A stretch of 64,000 nt of DNA from Octopus vulgaris (GCA_951406725.2 OX597822.1:37758001-37822000); one strand, 5' to 3'. Shown: positions 1 to 11,998, counted from the first letter of the stretch. The notes: a model not told the origin generated them from the letters alone. Made by a program: numbers and translations.

Positions 1-215
1 TTTAAAATGGTATGGACCCTAAAAGAGAGGAACGTGGACAACCTCTACATAAATTGGTGCATCATAGTTAAGGTCAGCAAATATAGGGGACAGAAAATGC
101 GACCACTGTATCACAAGGAAATTAAATATAGCATCAATGCTGAACATTTTGAATATTAGGGAAGAAACTTTCACTTTTGGTGCACAAACAACAATTTAAA
201 CTTCAAAATTTCACC
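1..215 (+). pseudogene. Penelope-like element GIY-YIG endonuclease C-terminal remnant (cut by window edge)
   Basis: Manual translation FKMVWTLKERNVDNLYINWCIIVKVSKY, then frameshift to KCDHCIT..LNIREE. This fits the W.LK...I.W.I...Y...C..C..E....LN.R.E pattern of PLE endonucleases. Confidence 0.7.
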
Positions 216-562
216 CTCCTTGTTACCTATCTAATCTTGGTAAGTTTTTGGATATTGATTACATGCAAAATATGCATTACAGACATATTTCCCTAGAAAC
301 TCACGCTGATGCTCTCAACTCCACAGACCTATATAACATATACATAACACATATTTAAGACATCACACTATTCATAATTATCTCTGGATTTGTCCTTATA
401 CCGTAGAAGTGGCCGGCCTACTTTCCCTCGTGAATGTAGGCTGACCATAAAAGATTTGTTTTGGTATTCAACCATTTTTTATGTGAAGGATGTGTCCACT
501 CCATCGCACTGAGACTTGATTAAGAAAGCATCTATATCAGAATCACCATTACAGTGCTATTC

Positions 563-649
<87 letters not shown>

Positions 650-697
650 TTACTTGGAGAAAAGAAACGAGACGACGCGAGGGCGCTCAGTCATACA

Positions 698-791
698 ATA
701 ATTTAATAAATAAAATATATGCATACATACATACATACATACATATATGTACGTACCTACATCTACATGTATATATACATGCATATATACA

Positions 792-845
<54 letters not shown>

Positions 846-1310
846 AGGACACCACAAATAAACGTAGAACTCAACGAGAAACGAAAACATAAAAACAAAC
901 TAGGAAACGGACAAAAAAAGCCCTCAATGTTGGTTTCATTGTCCTGTTTTTATTCTTTATGTGTACTGTATTTTTATTTGTATTTGTATTTTTATTTTGT
1001 ATTTGTATTTTTATTTGTATTGCTTTTACGTCCTGTTCTTGTCACATTTTTTTCTTTCCTTGTTTTTACCCCTCTGCAAAGGAATTTTATTTAATTCTTT
1101 TGCAGGAAGGATTGGTTCGACCGGATCGTGTTCTGTCCTTACCTTCGAAACACGCATTGAGTCGAACCAGGGACAGCTGATGAAGGGGAATATTCCTTGT
1201 ATTGTTTGTCTTGAACTCTGTTTTTTTGTTGTTAAAAAAAGTCCGTTTCCTAGTTTGTTTTTATGTTTTCGTTTCTCGTTGAGTTCTACGTTTATTTGTG
1301 GTGTTCTGTA

Positions 1311-1367
<57 letters not shown>

Positions 1368-1434
1368 TGTATATATACGTGTAGATGTAGGTACGTACAT
1401 ATATGTATGTATGTATGCATATGTTTTATTTATC

Positions 1435-1441
<7 letters not shown>
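698..1441. repeat. Inverted duplication (arms about 698-912 and 1241-1441) enclosing a PLE-terminus-like segment
   Basis: Arms are reverse complements, including the embedded (TA)n. ORF track shows mirrored peptides (687..890- vs 1263..1517+). Confidence 0.85.
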
Positions 1442-1471
<30 letters not shown>

Positions 1472-1507
1472 CGCGCGCAGTTGCCATATTTCGTTTCATA
1501 TCGCCTA

Positions 1508-1590
1508 CCTCCGATGACCGTAGGGTTATATAATCGGATTGTCACCTAACACACTGTTGTACTCCTAGCGCGAAACCGATTGGTAAGACC
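1508..1590 (+). ncRNA. Degenerate type I hammerhead-like motif
   Basis: CCGATGA (1511-1517), long stem II, GAAA (1572-1575), quasi-palindromic CCGATTGG, TA. Stem I is weak. Confidence 0.4.
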
Positions 1591-2502
1591 AGCCGTAATG
1601 GATATATAATACTGTACACTTCGGATAATATATTTATCTATGTATGCACACACACACACACACACACACACACAAGCATTCATATGTATGTAAATAAACG
1701 TACCAGCAGACCCATACACACACATGCGCACACACGAACACACAAATACACAAACTCACACACACACACACATACAAACACATACACATATTGTACCTAA
1801 TTTTTCCCATTTTTCTACATCGACCCACACAGCCTTGTTTTCTTATATTTTGTAATTCTTTAAATTTTGCTGTAAACCTCATTCTCTTTTTTTATCTCTC
1901 GCTTTCCATCTTCGCCCGCTCTATCTTCTACTATCTTCTCTTTTCCACTCGAATCTCTCAGTTTTCTTTCTCATTTGACTTTGCCCGCCGAATACATCTA
2001 TTTCCCACCTCTCCGATATCCTTTTCTTTCGATTGAAGACTAACATTCGAGATTGTTGCTAATCTTGCTTCATTTCCTTAAAACGTTACACACAAGTGCT
2101 ATTGCCTTGTGTTGCTATGTTTTGTTTTGTGTCATAAAAGACTAATGTTACCCTGTTTCTCTATCTTAGTCATTAAGTCTGGACTATATATTATTCATAT
2201 TTTTTGTTATTTTTGTCTCAGTCACCAAGACACAATTTTCATGTCTTTTGTATCTCCTCTCCGCTGTATTGACGTCTAGCAGTCATGACTGGGTTTAGCT
2301 GTCATAAGGTGTCGAAACTGCGAAAATACTTAGACAGCTGATGAGTAGTAAGCTTTCGTTTCTTCTGTTTGGTATATACATACATACATACGTACGTACA
2401 TACATACATACATACATACATACATACATACATACATACATACATACATGCATGCATACATACATACATACATACATACATACATACATAATGCATACAT
2501 AC

Positions 2503-2537
<35 letters not shown>

Positions 2538-2654
2538 CACATACACATAAATACATACCTACATACATGCATAAATACATAAATATATATATATATATAT
2601 ATATATATTTACTTATACGGAATACATACATAGATGCACACATAAATATATATA

Positions 2655-2686
<32 letters not shown>

Positions 2687-2875
2687 CTTAGTCATTCACA
2701 TATGTATACCCATGTACATACATACATATATATTTGAATATATGTACGTAAATATATTTATATGCATACATATATATATATATATATGTGTGTGTGTATG
2801 TATGAGCATACATACATGCATACATAAATATACAGACATACGTACGTACGTACACACACAAACACGTACATATAC

Positions 2876-2932
<57 letters not shown>

Positions 2933-3862
2933 AACACATACACACACATATACATATGTGTGTGTATGTATATATATATGTATACATACGCGCAAGTACA
3001 TGCTTATATATATATATACACACAATCATTGCTTAATTTCCAACACAATCCTTCTCGTATATATTTTTCTGTCTTAACTTTTATTCCTCTATTCAACAAT
3101 AAACAAAATGGTTTTAGTCACTGTTAATCTTGTTATTGTTATTGATTGTTGTTGTTGTTGTTATTTGTCTTTTTTTTGTTAGTGTTGTTTGTATTTGTAA
3201 TTTTGTGGTTGTTTGCATTGTTTTTTTTTTGTAGTCATTGTTGGTTTTTCGATTTTGTTTTTGCTGCTGCTATTATTGTCTTTGTTATAATTGTTTTTTC
3301 TTTTGCCGTTGTTGTTTACCCGCCGGCCAATCCTAACTGAGCCTACGGATCTATGATTAAAACTACTTCACACCATGCCCACATCTTGATGAATGATACA
3401 AGGTGAAGTAGAATTGTCGGGGCATATTGCTTTCCCGTCACAACCCAGTCTATTTTTTTATTCCTGTAGAATTCGGCGTTTACAGTGATGAAGGCAGACC
3501 AGGTGAATTTTACATTGTGTATCGGTTGCTGTGCCTCTGCTCTTAATGTTGGTGATGCGTATCCCATCGCAGTGGAGACAGAGATACCATTGGTGTTGCA
3601 GACTAAGTGGGAGAGATAGTGTTATTAGGATGGTACTTTAGTATACACTCGCGCATACACACAAAGAGAGGTTTAGTGGACGTTTATGAATTTAATATAT
3701 GCACAAAAAATCATCAGTCGAGTCATTTATGTAACTTTTGAGTCGATTATATGTATGTATGTATACACAAATATTTATATGTACCTTTATATATTATAAA
3801 TATAATGTACATATGTATGCATATGTAATATATATGTGATTATATATACATATACATAGGGT

Positions 3863-4198
3863 AAAGCCCCCCTTCGGTCATGAATGACCATGGGATTGCA
3901 CCTAGAAAGTTACCCTCCTAGACACAAGTCCGGGCAAGGTTGTTTATGGAAGATCAGTAGTCGCCCATGCATACCAGCCTCCCCTCTCCACATCACCAGT
4001 GTTATCCAAGGGAAAGACAAAGGTCGATAAAGCTTGGCACTAGTGACGTCGCAACTCATTTCTACAGCTGAGTGAACTGGAGCAACGTGAAATAAAGTGC
4101 CTTGCTCAAGAACACAACACGCAGCCCGGTCCAGGATTCGAGCTCACAACCTCACGATCGTAAGCTCGACGCTCTAACCACTGAGCCATGCGCCTTCA
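3863..4198 (-). mobile_element. tRNA-derived SINE, family B
   Basis: Minus strand starts TGAAGGCGCATGGCTCAGTGGTTAG (A box) with B box GCTCGAATCC. Homologous to 63434-63752 and 40275-40560. Confidence 0.85.
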
Positions 4199-4326
4199 TA
4201 TACATACATACATATACATACATACATATATATATAGTTAAAATTTATAGAATGACAAAAGACGAAGACAGGTATTTGAATAACAAGCAAATATGTTAGT
4301 TTGACGCTCGGATAAAATGAAAATGT

Positions 4327-4362
4327 CTCTTACGTTTCGAGCCTACGCTCTTCAACAGAAAG
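4327..4362 (-). ncRNA. Minimal type I hammerhead-like motif (A6U core variant) in a PLE-terminus-like insert
   Basis: Minus strand: cttt CTGTTGA a gagc-gtag-gctc GAAA cg TA agag. A 5'-truncated sister lies at 7057-7080(+). Confidence 0.55.
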
Positions 4363-4506
4363 GAATGTGTGTGTGTGTGCGTGCGCGTGTATATATATAC
4401 ATATATGTACATATAGTAATAATAATAATGATGATGATGATGATGATCCTTTGATGCTTTTGACCAATGCGAAGGTGGATTCAGTTATAAGTCTGTTAAA
4501 CATCAA

Positions 4507-4657
4507 TTAATGTCATATCGTCTGAAGAAATGAATCCATGAAAATGATCAACCCGATGGCCACACATACTACGGACTACACTGTAATCATCCAAGGAATA
4601 CGGACTGTGGTCTTAAGAGACATGTGATTTGTGGAAACGCTTGTAGCGATGCATTAA
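4507..4657 (+). ncRNA. Type I hammerhead-like motif with about 100-nt stem II domain
   Basis: atcgt CTGAAGA(4522-4528)...GAAA(4634-4637) cgcttg TA gcgat. Stem I is extended by ttaatgt/gcattaa. Homologue at 44144-44279(-). Confidence 0.55.
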
Positions 4658-4848
4658 ATGTTTATATATTCCAACCAAGGATTATTGTTATTATTATTGT
4701 ATTTATCTTACATAATATCGGTATAGCTCGATGCAACCTCTAAAACTGGTTCACCAGTTCGCATCATTAGACTGTGGCTGGCATATGAATAGGAGCTTTA
4801 TTTGCATATTCAAAACGTTTCCTATAAGCAAATTTAAAAGACATGTGC

Positions 4849-4949
<101 letters not shown>

Positions 4950-5262
4950 AAGGATATCGTTGTGTAAAGCCGGAACAATGCGAGAAGGTACAAGGTAAAC
5001 TACAGATTGAAAATAAAACATTGCAGTTTTACCTTGTATTTTATATTTCAGGGTGAACACCCTTTCTTCAGGATACTCGGAAAAGCGGTGGTTGGAAAAA
5101 GTTTGTTGCTCAGAAGCGTATGTGTATAGGTGTGATAGAGATTATACTCCGTCAAAGCGTCTGGTATTGAAACACCTGAAAGTTATGGACAGGCGAGATA
5201 ACTCACCCCAAATCTTATTAAGGAATGATGGACATCGCTGTTTCACCATGTCCCTCCTGCCC

Positions 5263-5857
5263 GCGAAATTGTTTTTCCAAGGAGAGTTCCGGACCCCAGT
5301 TATGAACTCATTTGCATACAGCCAATCAGAGCTCAGCTATCAAACTAATTTATGAGCGCATAACAAGTGATGGGCGATAAGATAAATTTTTCCCATGAGA
5401 GTTCCGGACCCCAGTTATGAACTCATTTGCATACAGCCAAGGTCACTTGGATAAGGAGTGACCATGCTTCTTTTTTCTTTTGATAATGCTTGTTGTTCTT
5501 GTTTCAACCATGGCTGCCTCTGCGTAGTTATTTGTGTTGTTTACTTTGTAAAACAGTAAGGGGAGAGGGTTGCTAGCAATTCACTTTCTACCCACACTTT
5601 CCCCATCTTTACCAGATGGGGCCCTAACAAAATCCAATTATAGGTACAGATGCAAATCTATCTAATTACTTGTCTTCTTCTAAAATCAGGCATAACTTGG
5701 CGATCGATCGACTTACAACACCGTCCTTCGTCTTGAGTTTACTTGGTAGAGTGTGTTTGTTAACTTGATAACAAGGTCAATGTAAGGCTCTGATTGGCTA
5801 TATACAAATGAGTTTATTACTGGTGTCTGGAACTCTCGTGGGAAAAAGAAATATTGC
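5263..5857. mobile_element. Non-autonomous Mutator-like (MULE) MITE, copy 1
   Basis: About 70-bp imperfect TIRs and a perfect 9-bp TSD ctcctgccc (5254-5262 / 5858-5866). Extra internal copy of the left TIR at about 5385-5440. Confidence 0.8.
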
Positions 5858-6176
5858 CTCCTGCCCACGACTTTTAGGGTTTTCTAACACCTAGCGCTTT
5901 GACTGTTTCATTTCCACTACGACAAACACACAGAGCATATAAATATGTGTAGTCGATAAAAGATTATTACACCAACGCAGCTTCTATTTCTTATATGATA
6001 CACACAAGAGGATAGAACTCAGAATGTGAATATTTGTATGTTTCGATTAATATTTAGCAGAAGCAATAAATTGAGTTAGGGTCGGAGAGTTTCATGCGTT
6101 GGTACTTATCAAACTAGTTACAGATCGAAGAGTTGTTGATTTATATAACCGGTGATAATAAATTCCTGTTCTCGAA

Positions 6177-6316
6177 TGGCTGCGTTGTAAGAAGCTTGCT
6201 TCCCAATCACATGGTCCCTGGTTCAGTCCCACTAGGTGACACTTTGTCTCCAACTATAGCCTTAGGCCGAATAAAGCCTTGTGAGTGGATTTGGTAGACG
6301 GAAACTAGACGCCCAT

Positions 6317-6361
<45 letters not shown>

Positions 6362-6446
6362 CGGGAAGCTTTATGAAAATAGACAAAAGACGAAGGCAGG
6401 TGGAAAACAAACGAACAATTGTATTAGTATGGCGCTCAGGAAATAT

Positions 6447-6492
<46 letters not shown>

Positions 6493-6507
6493 TACATACA
6501 TAAATAC

Positions 6508-6549
<42 letters not shown>

Positions 6550-6800
6550 ATATATACATACATACATATATATATGTGTGTGTGTACCTGTGCGTGCGTG
6601 TGTTTGTGTATTTGTGTCTGTTTGTCCCCCACCACTGCTTGGCAACCGGTGTTGGTGTGGTTACGTCCCCTTAACTTAGTGGTTCAGCAATAGCGACCGA
6701 TAGAATAAGTACTAGGCTTAAAACAGTTATGTCCTGAGGTCGTTTAAAACCTTTCAAGGCTGTGCCCCATCATGGCCGCAGTCTAATGAATGAAAGAAAG
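6177..6800 (+). mobile_element. tRNA-derived SINE, family A, with a short insert in its internal (TA)n
   Basis: A/B-box head and family A 3' half. A foreign 90-bp segment at 6361-6450 lies between (TA)n runs. Confidence 0.8.
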
Positions 6801-7086
6801 AACAAAATATAATCCTTTTGACATCATCCACCATAACCAGTAGACGGAAGGTCACCATTTTCTCCCACGTCTTCGCTAAATCGAGACCATGCAGTAATTT
6901 TCACGATGGACAGTCGTAACTGTCCTATGAGTATTAACATCTGATTGACGCAATTTTATAATTCAGCAATCGTTAAATACTGGACAACTGGATTATGTTT
7001 GCCTGAGTCTAGGCTTTGATGAAAGGTAACAGATTTGCGTACCCGGAAACTTAACAGAGCGTAGGCTCGAAACGTTAAAGACTTTT

Positions 7087-7126
<40 letters not shown>

Positions 7127-7204
7127 CACATGACCGACCAGACCATCTATTTGTTGTCTACATCACCTGTCTTCGTCTTTTGTTTCTTTTTTGTGAATTC
7201 TCCC

Positions 7205-7235
<31 letters not shown>

Positions 7236-7294
7236 TTACGGAGATGTACTCGCATAGCAAGTAATTTGATCTGAGATCGTGTGCTGAAACGAAA

Positions 7295-8625
7295 ACAATT
7301 GCAGCGTGGGAGGTGTTTATAAGCCATTTAAGAAACACACAAAAGCCGTTCGATTCACTCCAACATTTAAGTTTAATTTGTCAAAATATTTTCGTCGCTA
7401 AAATCCGCGACCTGTTCACTGACAAAGTCCGTGCTGCATCTAAGAAAGTAACAGTTAGTTCGTCATATATATGTATGTACGTATGTATGTGTGTATGTAT
7501 GCATACATGTGTGTATGTATGTACGTATTCATGTCCGCACATACGCCTGTGTATGCATGTATGTATGTATGTATATATGTATGTGTGTGTATAAGCACGC
7601 ACATACACTCTATAAAACATAAAGTTATAAACCTGTAGCGATGGATGGATGTAGAGTGACCACTCATCACAACGCTATCAAATTTCAACTCCCTACGGCC
7701 GAGGCTAGAAAGTGAATTTATGACGCTTGCTCACAAGAACTATACCCTAAAATCTATTATCAGATTTTTATCTCTATATCACAGAACTAATGTTTTACTA
7801 TTGTTCGTAAGTATGTATGTATGTGCGTATGTATGTATGTATGTATGTATGTATGTATGTATGTATGTATGTATGTATGTACATACGTACGCATGTGCGT
7901 ATGTATGTATACGCGCCCGTATGCATGTGCCCATGTATGTGTGTGTGTACATGTACGTGCGTATGTACGTGTGTATGGGCACATGCATACATGGGCACAT
8001 GCATACGGGCGCGTATACATACATACGCACATGCGTACGTATGTACATACATACATACATAGATACATACATACATACATACATACATACATACATACGC
8101 ACATACATACATACTTACGAACAATAGTAAAACATTAGTTCTGTGATATAGAGATAAAAATCTGATAATAGATTTTAGGGTATAGTTCTTGTGAGCAAGC
8201 GTCATAAATTCACTTTCTAGCCTCGGCCGTAGGGAGTTGAAATTTGATAGCGTTGTGATGAGTGGTCACTCTACATCCATCCATCGCTACAGGTTTATAA
8301 CTTTATGTTTTATAGAGTGTATGTGCGTGCTTATACACACACATACATATATACATACATACATACATGCATACACAGGCGTATGTGCGGACATGAATAC
8401 GTACATACATACACACATGTATGCATACATACACACATACATACGTACATACATATATATGACGAACTAACTGTTACTTTCTTAGATGCAGCACGGACTT
8501 TGTCAGTGAACAGGTCGCGGATTTTAGCGACGAAAATATTTTGACAAATTAAACTTAAATGTTGGAGTGAATCGAACGGCTTTTGTGTGTTTCTTAAATG
8601 GCTTATAAACACCTCCCACGCTGCA

Positions 8626-8630
<5 letters not shown>
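7295..8630. repeat. Near-perfect long inverted repeat: 645-bp arms (7295-7939, 7986-8630), 46-bp spacer
   Basis: Mirror coordinates sum to 15925 throughout. Identical ORF translations on opposite strands (7313..7594+ vs 8331..8612-; 7455..7688- vs 8237..8470+). Confidence 0.95.
8499..8548 (+). ncRNA. Minimal type I hammerhead variant with G3:C8 core
   Basis: tttgtca GTGAACA g gtcgc-loop-gcgac GAAA atat TT tgacaaa. Mirror copy at 7377-7426(-) and independent copy at 29692-29742(-). Confidence 0.6.
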
Positions 8631-8658
<28 letters not shown>

Positions 8659-8663
<5 letters not shown>

Positions 8664-8882
8664 CACGTGACCGACCAGACCATCAGATATTGACACACAA
8701 CGCGTTCGCATTGTTTTAGCCTTCAAATGACGAAGAAAGAGAGAAAGAGTGGTGAAAGAGTACAGCAGGGATCACCACCCCCTGCCGGAGACTCGTGGAG
8801 CTTTTATGGGTTTTTGCTCAATAAACCGCGATCCTACCACCACGAGTCCGCTGCCCTAACCACTGAGCCATTGCGCCTCCAC
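8659..8882 (-). mobile_element. tRNA-derived SINE, family C head, internally deleted
   Basis: Minus strand starts TGGAGGCGCAATGGCTCAGTGGTTAGGGCAGCGGACTCG, homologous to 48256-48624. Confidence 0.75.
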
Positions 8883-8891
8883 ACACACACA

Positions 8892-9002
<111 letters not shown>

Positions 9003-9043
9003 GGCATTACTACTAAAATAAATAAACACATCGTACCGAATGC

Positions 9044-9524
9044 ATTTATGTGTAGTAATCCCTCTATGTAATATGAATAAATATATCTAAGTAAAAAAAT
9101 TTGTGGTTTTTTCTCTTATGAGTTTTTTCACGCTGACTACTTGATAAATTCTTATAAAGATTTTATCCTATTTTAAAATTATATATATATATATATATTT
9201 ATAATTAAATTAATAATGATATACATATGTACATAATTATATTAAGGGAGCAAGGATGAAAATGACCTATCTCCACCAAGCTTGAAGTGCCGATACCTTC
9301 AACAAACAACCCAAAACTCCAGATAAATATATACATTCCTGACCGGAATAGCATTTACTGCATATATATATATATATATATAATAATTTTAAAATAGGAT
9401 AAAATCTTCATAAGAATTTATCAAGTAGTTAGCGTGAAAAACCTCATAAGAGAAAAAATCCACCAATTTTTTTCACTTAAATATATTTATTTATATTATA
9501 TAGAGGGCATTATTACACATAAAT
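9044..9524. repeat. Diverged inverted repeat (about 9044-9181 / 9383-9524) around (TA)n-bounded spacer
   Basis: Arms are reverse complements with scattered mismatches. Confidence 0.8.
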
Positions 9525-9626
9525 TCCACACGCTAGGAGGGACTCTTAAAGTCAAAACTACTAAAATAAATAAACATGTCGCACCGAATGCAACTTTGGA
9601 GGCAAGACATTCAAAAACAGAATTTA

Positions 9627-9691
9627 GCTGTATATCACCGGTGATTTCGTAATCAGTTAGTGTTTTGCACTCTTTATTCGTCAATACAAGC
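9627..9691 (-). ncRNA. Degenerate type I hammerhead-like motif
   Basis: Minus strand: gcttgta TTGACGA ...stem II... GAAA tcaccggtga TA tacagc, with palindromic stem III. Confidence 0.45.
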
Positions 9692-10446
9692 ATTATTCAA
9701 GATTTATAATGAATGAACAAAATCAACATACAGCCGACGTAGCCCGCTCCGAAAAGACTGTAATAAGAACTGGAATAGCATATGGTGATGTTCTATGTTC
9801 CCTTTAGTTCCATATAATGTCAGACACAAAACAGAATATACAGTAACCGACCTCTTCTTCGGCTTCCAGAAACTTAGGGATACGTTGCAATATCCTGCAA
9901 TATGCTGTACCCTGTATTGAGTACACAAACCTCATTTTGAAGTGGGTTAATCTTCACACACTGTGTTAGAAATAGTTTTGTTCTTTACTTTTAGTGAATT
10001 GATAAAGATTAAACATATTCTGCTTTAGAAATGTATTAATTTGTACCCATATCTGTTAAATGAAATCCTATTTTTTACTTTTCTTCATTTAATTTCTATC
10101 TAATAAACAATACACTCTATATATGATATAATATGATAAATTTTAAGAATTTTAAGTGGATTAATATCAAAGAGACCCTGCTTTAGAAGTGATTTAATTT
10201 GAATCTGTTAAATACAACTTCGTTTTATATATTTAGTATATATGTTTAGAGTGTCTCAAGAAAACCGGTAAATACAGAAATCCGACTTAGTGGTTAGGGT
10301 GTTGGATTCACGATAGTAAGATTGTGGTTTCAATTCCTGGATCGGACGTTGCAGTGTGTTCTTGAACAAAACACTTCATTTCACGCTCCTCCAGCCTATT
10401 CGGCTGGTAAAAACGAGTAATCCTGCCACGGACCGGCGTCCCGTCC

Positions 10447-10986
10447 GCAAAAATTTTTTCCAAGGAGAGTTCCGGACCCCAGTTATGAACTCATTTGCAT
10501 ACAGCCAATCAGAGCTCAGCTATCAAACTAATTTATGAGCGCATAACATGTGATGGGCGATAAGATAAAGTCACTTGGGTAAGGAATGACCATGCTTCTT
10601 TTCTCTCTTAATAATGCTTGTTGTTCTTGTTTCAACCATGGTTGCCTCTACGTAGTTATTTGTGTTGTTGTTAACTTTTTAAAATAGTAAGGGGAGAGGA
10701 TTGCTAGCACATCACCCTCTACCCATATTTTTCCCATCCACTTCCTCACCATATGGGGCCCTAACAAAATCCGATAATAGGTATAGATGCAAATCTAATT
10801 ACTTGTCTTCTTCTAAAATCAAGCATATCTTGGCAATCGCTCGAATTACAACACCGTTCTTCGTCTTGAGTTTACTTGGTAGAGTGTATTTGTTAAGTTG
10901 ACAGCAAGGTCAAGGTGAGTCTGCTTGGCTGTATGCAAATGAGTTCATTACTGGCGTCCAGAACTCTCGCGGGAAAAAAAAATTGC
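10447..10986. mobile_element. Non-autonomous Mutator-like MITE, copy 2, nested in a SINE (about 10285-11040)
   Basis: Homologous to 5263-5857. Degenerate 9-bp TSD gtcccgtcc / gtaccgttc. Confidence 0.8.
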
Positions 10987-11163
10987 GTACCGTTCACGTG
11001 GGGAATACATACGCCAGAGAAACCTGGAAACCGACCCCATGCTCTTTAGGGAGTAATGTAGAATCACCATACCACCAACCACCGTATAATCAGCCACTCT
11101 TAGCAAGTGCCATAGTCAAGTGGGAAAAATAAGTGTTCCATGGGACAGAATTCCATGTCCACT

Positions 11164-11338
11164 CTGCCGTTACGTTCTGGGTTCAAATTCCGCCGAGGTC
11201 GACTTTGCCTTTCATCCTTTCGGGGTCGATAAATTAAGTACCAGTTACGCACTGGAATCGATGTAATCGACTTAATCCGTCTGTCTGTCCTTGTTTGTCC
11301 ACTCTGTGTTTAACCCCTTGTGGGTAGTAAAGAAATAT
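11164..11338 (+). mobile_element. SINE family D fragment
   Basis: GGTTCAAATTCCGCCGAGGTCGACTTTGCCTTTCATCCTTTCGGGGTCGAT shared with 47709-48140 and 61505-61725(-). Confidence 0.75.
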
Positions 11339-11578
11339 GTTACTGGAAGAGGATCCTCAACGAAATATTCCATGATACTTCGCTCCAAAAAGGGAAGGAA
11401 TTCAAAAGTTTGTGTTAGTTGACATGTTAGTTTGTGTTGTAGACATGTTTCTATAAGCATCCGTTTTTATATCTGTTTCAGCCATGCAGCTGTGGTCATG
11501 CTGGAGCACCATCGAGAAGCGTATTCACAAACTGTTAATAATTTGTTGAGAGTTTAGTGGCTGTGTAGGGAATATATT

Positions 11579-11639
<61 letters not shown>

Positions 11640-11947
11640 TATATTCACTGAAATGAGAGAGGGAGAGAAAAGGAAAGAGAAGGGGAGGGAATGGAAGAGA
11701 AGAGAGGGGGAGAGATTTAGAGAGGGAAAGAGTGATAGTAAGAAAGAAAGAGAGAAGTAATGTAATATATTGCCAGACTCCCAAGGCCCACTGAAACACT
11801 CACGCCCGGAACCTTTTAACGGTAACAGTTAAAGATTTAAAGAACTTCGGTTAAACAGCTGTCAACCAAAAGGATTGCTTAACCAAAGGTTCTCCAGATC
11901 TTTTCTAAAATAGATTGATAGATAGATAGATAAATAGATAGATAAAC

Positions 11948-11998
<51 letters not shown>

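Noticed and set aside
410-450. HDV-like ribozyme (ttc-cctcgt-gaa loop)
   Set aside because: Only a simple hairpin can be drawn; no P2 or nested double pseudoknot.
3343-3600. Cys/His-containing minus-strand reading as a zinc-finger exon
   Set aside because: Spacing is unconvincing; more likely an unidentifiable retroelement remnant.
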